A stretch of DNA of 63,996 nucleotides, filler included, from Parasitella parasitica NRRL 2501 (Eukaryota > Fungi > Mucoromycota), in assembly GCA_025201805.1 (NCBI GenBank). It is 13 parts of 12 records of this genome, joined end to end, with 100 filler letters (N's around TTAATTAATTAA, not from the genome) between each part and the next. Parts side by side here need not be neighbours in the genome. Positions count along the whole stretch, not along the records: positions 4,104 to 22,460 come from MU619379.1; positions 22,561 to 25,896 come from MU619540.1; 11 more parts are not named here. One strand, 5' to 3'. The notes under the pieces were generated by a model, which saw nothing but the letters and a program-made list of their open reading frames with translations, was not told where the DNA came from and made no database searches. The position numbers and the translations under genes are program-made. This document shows, piece by piece, positions 12,700-22,731 of this stretch; position 1 is the stretch's first letter; each line of letters opens with the position of its first letter.

Positions 12700-13051
12700 G
12701 TTGATGCAAAAAATCGAATCGACCTAATTTTCCCTTGTTGCAGTAACCTCAAATATATGATAACAGTAATATCGCTAGCGAGCCAACAAATCAGAAGAAA
12801 AGTGAGAAAATGAGGAAAGGAAAAAGAAAGGAACGATAGATCCTTGAGGTGTGAATGAAATTTTGTCAAAATGCAGAAAAACCATGCCAAGCAAAACCAG
12901 CCAATGTTTGAACGAGAATGCGGTATTTCAAAGAAAAGGAATGAAAATCGCTAATGAATGTATCAAGGTGATCCTTTGGAAAGGGATCTCCTTTTTGAAA
13001 GGGGCCTCCTTTTACAAAGGATCTCCTTTTTATCTATTATGCTGGTTTATC

Positions 13052-13252
13052 TAGTGCCGAATTGGTTGAGGGATCTTCACACAAGCGATCTGAGTTTCAC
13101 CGCTTCCGCATTGCTGGTTAGACTATTCCCACTATCTTGCCGAATATTTTTAATCTCCATGCACAAATCTGCCTGATGGATGATGGCATATACTCGTACT
13201 ACGTATGGCAGAGAGAGGATCAAAGATCAAGGCACTACCCTTTTTTTTTTTT
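13052..13252 (+). ncRNA. Candidate structured ncRNA, family unassigned
   Basis: 5' and 3' ends pair over three stacked helices (TAGTGCC/GGCACTA, TTGGTT/GATCAA, GATCTTC/GAGGATC), followed by a T12 tract. Confidence 0.35.
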
Positions 13253-13923
13253 CGAGTAAACGAACGATTACAGTTGTCCCATTCTTGCTCCCAGCCGTTC
13301 CAACACATGTAAAGAGAACTATCTCTTATGATAAATAAGGAAATGTAGTCTCAAGTTGATTTCTATAAGACGTATACCTGATTCAATGTAATCAAAAAGC
13401 TTTGTTGAGCTTCTATTACGAAGATGCATATACCATCCTTGGCAATTTATTTGATTAATCAAATACTAAGTCTCTGGGTTGACAATGATGTATATTGCTC
13501 TCTAAAGAGCTGCCCTTCTTTCTGGTTTAGAGACGTATGCATACACATATATCAAAGCGAGCCAATGTTAAAGTCCTTGCTCCAAACCTTGTTAAAAGTC
13601 AATCAGGTTGCTTTTCTTTTTTTCAAAAAAAAAATTTTTTTCAAAGAAATGATTTCGTTTGACACTTTGATGAAATAGCAATAATTGTATATGAGATGAA
13701 TAATGCCAACAATAGAGAAGGGTTTTACTCAGGTCATTTTCCGGTATAGGAGCATTCGATTATTTTTCCATGGCTCAGAGGCGAAGAAGATAGAGGGGGG
13801 AGGGATCACAATTAAGGTCATGAAGGATATTAGCGATATGTTTTGAACTTTTCCGAGCGTTTTAAGGCGTTTCCAATTTACTGATCATATTATAGTAAAA
13901 CTTTGAACTTTGGNNNNNNNNNN

Positions 13924-13957
<34 letters not shown>

Positions 13958-14893
13958 TTTTATAGCTTTGTCTACCGTATCGTATTGATGAATTCAAATG
14001 GCTGTTGTAACTCATATTTGTACTTTTCAAAAAATTGTTCACATCAAGCTTTTTGCTTCTCTTTACAGATATAGAGTAGGTATGAAGTAAAGCCATGCCT
14101 CACGTTTATTTAATTGTTTCGAATAAAGCACAAACCTGTATTTTGAGAAGCATTCTGTATCTGTGTGTGTAACTGTCAACAACAACTAATTCCTTTATGC
14201 ATTTTTATCTTTTACTCTACTATAACACTAGGAAGCCCAGCGGCAGCTCCTGTTAAGGTCCCCGTGGAGGTCTATCCAGTGCAAGTGGAGGTAGAAGTTC
14301 CTATACGACACACAGCCCGGTGCCCTAGGTGATGGTTACTGTCCCCAGATGCGCGCATGTTCGTATCAAATAAAAAGTGTAGTCCTGTATTTGCCTCCTG
14401 CGTTGTGTTTGTTGAAATGTACAGGTAATGTTTTGAGAATGAAATGAAGTGGATAATTCAAGATTACCTTTTTAGTATGAGTGATACTTCTGGTAATAGA
14501 AGATAAATTGTGTAGATTGCTAGATACAAGGATTTTTTAAGCTATAGCCAAAATGACCACTAATTAGAATAAAATGGCTATCAGAATACTGGGTTTTGTC
14601 TAATTTCTTGGTTGATTGTACAGAGCTAACCCAGTACAAAAAGCCTGCAAGTGAAGATAAATATTTTTTCTGGTGCCCTTGAACAACATCACCAATGCTT
14701 TAATAAGGTTGTCCAGTTGACAGTGAAGCTACTGCAAAGAAAGAGAGAAATGAAAGACATGAGACCCCTCAAGTATGAAGTGGTAGATTTGTAATGGTCA
14801 CCAGTATCTTAGGGAGTACTTTTGTATAAATATAAAAAACACCATCTTCAAGGATTTTTGCATCTTTATTTGTCTTTCTCTACTAATAATAAT

Positions 14894-15905
14894 ATGAAAT
14901 CATTGCATTGTGTTTACAGTGGTGATCGCTTTGCAGATCAGTACACTCTTGATTTGGAGGGATTTGTAAGTTGATATCATTATAAATGGCCCATAGGCAA
15001 CTAACGGGTTTTTATATTTTATAGATGAGCCCTCACGAATTCACCGCTACCATCAACACATTCAACACAGCTGCCTGGCACTACCCCCCTCCGTCGCCTT
15101 TTACAGGATCGACCAATTACTACCTAATCTGCTTCGCCACGTTGGTTCTGACTGCAGTGATTGTTGCAATCCATCAAACGCACCAGATGGGATTCATGTT
15201 GGCATTGCCGTTTACATTTTTATTTACTAGTATGGTTCTTGTTTATTATAGAAAAAGACAAAAGAGCAAGGTCAGTTGCCAATTTTTTGCATGAATACAA
15301 TGTATTTAATTACCTTTTAGTTTGAATCTGCTATGGTCCATCTCTGTAGCTGCATGAACGCAACTGAAAATGTGCGTGGTATCAATTTTAGATTGACTGT
15401 ACTGACTCCTGAACAGCAAATATCAGTACATCCATCCTCCTCCTATGTAAGTTTGACCAAATGCTCACTCTTTTGTTTTTTTCGGAAATCATCCGCCCAC
15501 ATCTATTTCATAATACTTTTTTCCTTTGCGCTTATTGCAAAGTAACAAGTATAAGATGGGACAGATGTTGATGCAATAGGCTGGCTATAAGCTACAGATG
15601 AGCTTCAGCAAAGGATTTCTTAGCCTAGCTAATTCCAATCTTGAAGTTTGGCCATGCCAAGGTTTTCCTGATGTTGGCGAATGATTTCCGAACAAAGCGT
15701 ATATTTTTACATATTCAATCAGATTATTAACTACAAATGCAAACAGGCCATCACCATTGAATTCGATGATCGTTATAATCTACTGCACCGATTTTCAGCG
15801 ACCATCCCGCCGTCGTATAGCACAAGCATTACTATACCCCCTCCGCTGTACGATGCCGCCAATGTTACTAAACCCTCCAACACATATCATCCATTGAAAG
15901 AGTAA
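14894..15905 (+). CDS. Small hypothetical membrane protein (2 predicted TM segments), 4 exons
   Basis: ATG 14894; GT-AG introns at ~14966-15024, 15271-15320 and 15447-15746; hydrophobic segments in exon 2; PPSY/PPLY motifs near the C-terminus. Confidence 0.7.
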
Positions 15906-16091
15906 ACAATGCGCAAAACGGAGTTTCATGACATTCGACATTGATCAATTGATTGGTGCAATAGTAATAAAAGAAAGAAAAAAAAGTGAGCCGCTTATTT
16001 ATTTATTCCTTTCCTCTCTTTCCTTTCTGTTTCCCTTTTCCCTTTTCCCTTTTTCCCTGTTTTTATTTTTTTCTAATCCTCCTTAATCACT

Positions 16092-17886
16092 ATGAGAGAG
16101 CCCAATCTTTGTTTTCCTTCTCAAAGCAGAGCAGCTGTATGTATCACCTCTGCCCTATACGATAGAAGAGCGCTAGACTGCACTGCTACTTTGCCTCTTG
16201 TTAATTCGCTAACTCATTTGGCGTATTTAACATCAACTTCGCCACGTATACGAGAGATTCTGTGCTTAGATGGTGGATTAGAGAAGCTAGTCCGCATCTT
16301 GTCTCAGTCGTCAAACAGATCAGATAGACTCACCCTTTGGAAATGGACTCTTGCATTTCAATCGATTGTTAATGTTGGTGTAAGGGGCACTGAGCAAATA
16401 AGAACAAAAGTAGTAGACACTGGTGTAATCCCATTTGTCTTGACTATACTCGGTAACTTTACAAAATCTTACGAAATCATCAATGGAAAAAAAGAGATGA
16501 AGCGAGGTACGATATACGCCTTTAAATGGATCACCAGGCTTATTAATCTCTTTGGAATACCATAGATCCTATTTCTTCTCCATCTACATCTAGTGCCGGT
16601 ATCTTATCCAAAGGCTTATTAGGTTGGTATTCCGACTATGCATCTTGCTGTGTGTATCACTAACCACTAATTAAAATAAAATTTCCCATGTTGCCATAGA
16701 TACTACTCCATTATCTTCCTCTACATCGTCAGCATCCTCTTCATCACCACCTCATCGTCAGCAGCAAGAATCGACAATCCCAATTACAAAATTGCCCTCA
16801 GTAGCGCCAACCAAGTCAGCATTGCGCCGCTCTACATTCCCCTATGTTAAGGTCGATCCCGCTCAAAGACGTTATAGACGTATCCACAAAGAAAGACAAG
16901 ATCCCAAATTTCCAGAATTAGAAAATGTTTTCCATCGAGAAGAAGATGTCCTGTTATGTCTACAATTACTGGCCTACCTTTCCAAATACCCTCACATTCG
17001 TGATTTATTCAATACTGCCTACATTAAAAATGTATTTAGCGTAGTAGAGAAGTTTTGTCATCGAATTCACCCTGGACCTATCCAGTATTGGGCTGGTGTC
17101 ATTATGCGAAATGCATGTCGTAAAGATGAAACACGCGGTGGTATAAGACGTTGTGCTAATATGTCTTGTGGCAAATGGGAATCTCAACCTCGTGAGTTTG
17201 CCAAATGTAGAAGATGTAGAAAAGCAAAATACTGCTCAAAAGCTTGCCAATCTAAAGCTTGGGCTGATGGACACCGCTGGTGGTGTGTCGAAAGACATTC
17301 GTCTATGGTTCGAGATGCTACTGGCGCTCCTATTAATATTGCTGCTACACCGGCTACCGCCACTAATACGACATTAGTAGCTACGCCTTCGGCTACATCC
17401 CATGGTAGATCCAACACTGCCCCATCCACTTCTCAACCTGTCGGCTCTGTTGCAACTACTTCCATCTCAAATATCGTTGCAACTTCTGCTAATAGAAGTA
17501 CTACTCCAGTCAATGCTGGCGGTTTAACTACCACTATCACCTCAGCAGTAACATCTAATTCACCAGCTACAACACCTGCAACAGATACAAGAGTTTATCA
17601 TCCAGGTGGTCCTACTCAACACAGCTTCGATATCGTTATTGGCATAACTCGCAACAATGTAAGGAACCAGCGCCAGCCATCTCATCACAATCCTGAACAA
17701 CAACAGCAGCAACAACAGCAACCAAATTTAGGGAATGCTTTACATACACATTCACCACCTAACCATCGTAATAGTAGTAGCAGTAGTATTTCTAATATGA
17801 CACTCATTGAACAAGGTACAGAAAATGCCGAAGGATCAGAAACCACCACTATGCTTATGGATATGGGCGTACACATGGAGTTGTGA
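16092..17886 (+). CDS. samB: MYND-type zinc finger protein samB/MUB1, 3 exons
   Basis: N-terminal AAVCITSALYDRRALDCTATLPLVNSLTHLAYLTSTSPRIREIL; YWAGVIMRNACRKD followed by the MYND finger CANMSCGKWE..FAKCRRCRKAKYCSKACQSKAW..HRWWC. Confidence 0.95.
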
Positions 17887-18649
17887 ATTATGTAATTTTA
17901 ATGTTATTTTTATATCCTCTTCTTTGCTGCAACTATGCCATGTTATATATACATGTACACACTCTTTGTTATCTTTTTTTCATTTCGGTTAGCCCCTTAC
18001 ACCAAAACAACAACATCTCCTTAACAAGTATACCTCTCCTTCTAAACAGCTCCACTTGCTATTATTATTCTCCTTTTTTACTCCTTACTATTATTATTAT
18101 TATAATGGCATCTCATTTTCTTCAATATACACACACTAACACTCAAACTTTTTTTTTTCTATATGTAACTTTTTTTATAATCAATTCTTTAAATGTAAAC
18201 GTGAAAAAACACCCAAAAAAAAAAAATCTATTAATTTGAAAAGATCGTTTTAAATTCTTTGATAGTGTACACAATATTCAACAAAAAATAATTATCTTTG
18301 ATTATTTCAATCCTGACACAACAACATGATTAAATTTTTAAATTGAGCTTATTTACATTTATCCTGAAATGAGTCAAAATGAAAAGTGGATGTACCATAT
18401 TTTTATGCACTTGATATGTATCCAGTTTAACGTGTACTGTAAAACGTCTATGGTACTTTTGTGGTCAGTAGACTCTGAAAAGCATTATTTTTCAGATTCC
18501 TTGTAGTTTACTTTAATAAGTTGTGGTTATTAGCTGAATATCGTCTGCTTCTACTCGATCTGATCACATTTTTACTTGATGGTTGTCTTTATCATTACTT
18601 TGTGGAGTTCGATATCACGGATGAGATGAAAAACCTAGCAGTAGTTTAT

Positions 18650-19480
18650 TCGGGATCTAACTGAGAGATTACTGCTGAATTCTATCAGTCTATCATAGTC
18701 TATGCAGGCTCTTCAGATATCGTCATCTGTGTCAGCTTGGGAACGGAGAACTGATATTTTATATGTCTTGCTTTTATATATATCATCGATGATAGGGTTG
18801 AAAACGGAAACAATAACGATTTCACAGTAGGATCGCTTTTTTCACTGTGTGTTTTTTGGAGCGTGTATCGTATTGTTATTGAGACACGAGATAACATTTG
18901 AACACTTTCAGAAAATGCCTCGAAAACTCGCAGGTCAATTAGACAAGTTCACATAAGCCCATTATAATGGGCCAAAGGAAAAGTACGTCTCATTACTGAT
19001 CGACCAAGACCTGTAAACAATGAGAGCATTTCAAATCAGCGAAAGGCCCAATGAGAACCATATTGTTGAAAACACAAAGTATAGTAGTGGCTCAGCAATG
19101 GTTTGGCGATGTTTTGGGCAGGTGAATGTGTCATGATCAAAAGGAAGCACACAATGAATTTGACCAGCTCAAATATATCAAGTGTTTAGAAGAGGTATGC
19201 ATTTCTTCTATTACAGAACTTGACCAAAAAGAAGGAAACCCGTTCAACCTTAAACGAGGTGGCACCACATGTCATATGGGCAAAGTTACAAGGGCTTAGA
19301 TAAGCGAATCAACCGGGCGTTGTTAGCTCCATCTTTGACTCTTGGCCCACCGCTCGAAGCTCATATCTGCACTTGTATAGGCCTATTTAGAAAAGAAAAT
19401 TAGGGCATAAAATCACAAAGGTGAGCGAAGAAGTGCTGCACAAAGAGTGGAAGAACCAAGAAGTAGCTTTTGCTGGGAAA
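18650..19480 (+). pseudogene. Degenerate Tc1-like transposase
   Basis: SGSAMVWRCF (cf. GGSVMVWGCF) at ~19087-19115 and a WP..S..L-like remnant at ~19342; many disruptions. Confidence 0.55.
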
Positions 19481-21091
19481 CAATTCGAAAGCGAATGCCT
19501 TCTCGCTGTAAAAAAAACTATTGCATGCGCTGGTTGTCACATATGTTATCTCAATAACATGCAATAGCGTTTGTAGCCAGGTCAAGAACTAAAGCCAATG
19601 TGTGTGTGTACAATAGTGATTTACAACGCATGCTCAATAAAGAAAGCCTTAATTACAGCAGTTGTACATTATTGCAGTAGATTTAAAAGATTTATGAAAA
19701 TCAAAAAATACAATTACAAGAACACAGCAAAATAAACACAATCCAGCGAGGAATAGAGTGTATAAATGCTTTGTTTGGTTTTGTAATTCCCATTCAAGTT
19801 TCGAATTTTTGAGAAGTCGGCGTTAAATGAAGTATATCTCATTTTCAATAACTAATTAAAAATATATAGAAGCTTTAGAAAACTATAAAAAAATATGTGG
19901 GTATGCAACAAAGCGTGAAATAAATGGTCATGTATTTTGATTTGAAATAAGAGCTCTTTCAATAGAGTAAATCATGTTGAAAGTCGGGTGAAATAGCTTG
20001 AATCAACCAAATTAGGAGATTCGAAATCCAAAAAAGGCGATTTTTTAAGCTGTACACTTTGTTCTAATTAATAATATGTTAACCAAGTTTGGGGTTCTTT
20101 ATTATGAAAGTATACTGAGGTTTTTCTAGAAATATTTTGGTATTTGTAAGATTTGAATTGTCGTATATCAGTTCTCATGAATGGAGCATTGATCCGAGAG
20201 TCAATGCATTCATTTGTCGTTGTTTAATTTTAGGTTTTAAGGAGAAGCACATCATGCTGAAATGCTTTCAACATTGATAGAGATTTGCGTAACATTAGTT
20301 GGCCGTGTTAGGATGGCTATCGTCATACTTTAGTTATTGTGCTAAAGATATTCTTATCTAGAATGATGGGAAAAACTCATTGAATGACGAGCTGCCATAA
20401 CTGATATCTTTGTCATTATTCATTCTTATTTTGAATGTTTATTGTGTAAGGGAAAGCACTTTGATCAGGAGTGTTTTTCTTCACACGACATTCATTGATA
20501 AGGTCTTGATTTGATTTATATGAATTTATATGTTCTGCAAACTCGAATGGCATGAATTGACTATGCGTGACATTTGAGTCTTATTTTTTCAGTTATGCGC
20601 TTTTAGATTTACCATTCCATTGCAATCAGATTCAGGATCATGGTTTCTATTGGCTCAAACTTCGACCACGTGCAGATGATTAATCAGCACGACAAAATCC
20701 ATTTACGCTCGTAACAAAATTGATACTGCGGTGCGGGTTTTGTGAAATTTGTAGTGACGTTATGGAAAGATCTTGCAGTGAACAGGTCAAACCCGAGACT
20801 AATTCGACTGTTTTGCTGTTGTTTAAGTGTATATTATGTCGAATAACTAAGATGGTATAGTATCTCAGCGATAGAATAGCAAATAATTATATATGACAGA
20901 ATTTTAAACGTAAGAAAGTTCGATTTATTTCAAATATGAAGCATAAGTCTTATATATATATCTAAGATGAGACGTTCCTAGAATTCAACATCAGGTTCAG
21001 GAACGTAGCTTCAATTGGCTCAGACTCTGATCACGTGTGGATAAATAATTAGCACCAACAAAAATAATTTACATTTGTAACAATACAATGA

Positions 21092-21164
21092 GGGGGGTTA
21101 GCTTAATTGGTAGAGCGTCAGATTCCAAATCTGAAGGTCAAGAGTTCAATTCTCTTACTCCTCA
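21092..21164 (+). tRNA. tRNA-Trp (CCA), intronless
   Basis: Cloverleaf: acceptor GGGGGGT/ACTCCTC, D arm GCTT/GAGC, anticodon arm TCAGA-TTCCAAA-TCTGA, T arm AAGAG-TTCAATT-CTCTT; T tract downstream. Confidence 0.95.
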
Positions 21165-21199
21165 TCTTTTATCTTCTAAAGATGGTGTATGTAGCGTTT

Positions 21200-21377
21200 T
21201 GTCGTGTGCAGATAAATATGTTTTAGAGTAGATTTATAAGGAAGTATGTAAAATGTTATATATGAGATAAAAGATACCTTTATTATTTTAAGATACAATT
21301 GATATATATATACTAATTAAAATGGTTACACACAAAGTTTGTGAGCAACTGAAAGTTTTTCGGATTGAACAATGTCA
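21200..21377 (-). repeat. LTR remnant related to the LTR at 46255
   Basis: Shared terminus TGTCGTGTGCAGA and internal similarity (CTTTATT..CAATTGATAT..GTTACACACAAAGT). Confidence 0.55.
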
Positions 21378-21389
21378 AAGTGTTGTTGC

Positions 21390-21575
21390 TTGATTTATCA
21401 GAATGAGAAATTATTCAAATAAAACGGTTGTGAATTAATCAGATTATAAAGATCTCGTTTATTACATGGAAAAAATAATGGTTTATATACTAGTGAATCT
21501 AAGTGGACTGATGGAAGGATAAGATACAAGTGTGAGACACGGTGTGATTTAGAGAATGGAACGATAGATCGATGG
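21390..21575 (-). repeat. LTR-like family A copy, cut off near the hAT terminus
   Basis: Reverse complement of 148-328 and 53139-53318. Confidence 0.75.
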
Positions 21576-21591
21576 ATTAGACACTCTATTT

Positions 21592-22460
21592 TAGGTATGG
21601 CATCAAGCCAAGTCGAGTCGAGATTATTCGAGCGAGACTCAACCGAGTCGAGATTACATCAAGCCGAGATTTTATCGAGTCGAGATTCGAGACGTCTCGA
21701 TCAGGCTCGCTTGAAGGTAGGGCTTGGCTCGATAAGTCTCGGCGAAGTCTCGATAAGTCTCGGTGAAGTCTCGATGAATCTCGGTACGATCTCGATGAAT
21801 CTCGATACTGCCTCGCAGAATCTTGGTATCTGTCTCGTAATTTGCATAAATCTCGAATAAATCTCGAAACATCTCGCATATATCTTGAGATAACTCGAAC
21901 AATTCTTGGTAAGTCTCGCATTGATATTGGTGATCACGGTACACTGTATCTGGTCAAAATGATACAGGTGCATCAACAAACTTGAAAACACCACAAACAA
22001 TTGAAACTTTATACAATATAAACAAACAAAATAAAAAAAAACATTTACAACTCTCTACTCCACATCTTTAGCAACACCAGTTTCTCCCCAAAATCGGGTA
22101 ACAATCTGGATCGACTATTGTTGATGTTGAATTTCGCTACACTAAACAGCCTTTCGGATGGCACACTACTTGACGGAATTGCAAGATATCTTCTTGCAAA
22201 TTCCGCCAACAGCGGCCACCTCTTCTCGTTGTTCTTCCAATAAACTAATGCGCCTATAGCATATTTATAACCTTCGAGCAAAGAGCCATCCCCGTAGCGG
22301 TCAAAGTGTTGGTCGAAACCAAAAAAAACTCTGTCGTCATTGTCCTCACTATCACGCACAACGTCAATAGTGTCGCAACTAGGTCTATAGCTGATGCTAA
22401 TAAATTCCTCTAACTCTTCGCTCACAAACTGTTCCAATTCTAATTTGTGTCTGTTGATGA
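21592..22460 (-). mobile_element. 3' end of a hAT transposon with subterminal CTCG/CGAG repeat array
   Basis: Putative terminus TAGGTATGGCA; array 21610-21920; adjacent hAT transposase C-terminus. Confidence 0.8.
22045..22460 (-). CDS. hAT transposase C-terminal dimerization domain (partial)
   Basis: YWKNNEKRWPLLAEFARRYLAIPSSSVPSERLFS..RSRL motif. Confidence 0.88.
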
Positions 22461-22560
22461 NNNNNNNNNNNNNNNNNNNNNNNNNNNNNNNNNNNNNNNN
22501 NNNNTTAATTAATTAANNNNNNNNNNNNNNNNNNNNNNNNNNNNNNNNNNNNNNNNNNNN

Positions 22561-22731
22561 GAAATTGACTCGTTTATCATTGCATTGACGATTTAATCAA
22601 TAACAATCAATTGATTAACTAAATTATCAATGATCATCAATGACCATATTATCATTTCATTGATAATATTAGTATTTTATCAACACTGATTAGCACTGTT
22701 GACAATTCAGTCAATATTTTTCGCCATGGTG
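22561..22731 (-). mobile_element. Terminus of a CACCATGGC-type element inserted into LINE ORF2
   Basis: GCCATGGTG at 22723-22731 with ATCAAT/ATTGA repeats; supplies the last codons (TMAKNID*) of the LINE ORF. Confidence 0.55.

Noticed and set aside
13160-13250. U11 snRNA on the minus strand (AAAAAGGG start, AUUUGUG Sm-like site)
   Set aside because: Remaining U11 stems and the 3' hairpin are not evident, and G-U pairing favours the plus strand
14230-14400. GC-rich exon-like patch (APVKVPVEVYPVQVEVEVP..RCPR*)
   Set aside because: In-frame stop and no supportable gene model; probably a TE relic
16599-16610. U12-type donor in samB (GTATCTTA)
   Set aside because: Imperfect match to GTATCCTT; the frame reads through to an ordinary GT donor at ~16623
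21586-22000. Repeat-protein ORFs (RDSSR/IETSPRL heptads)
   Set aside because: By-product of the 21-bp periodic hAT subterminal array; open in several frames on both strands
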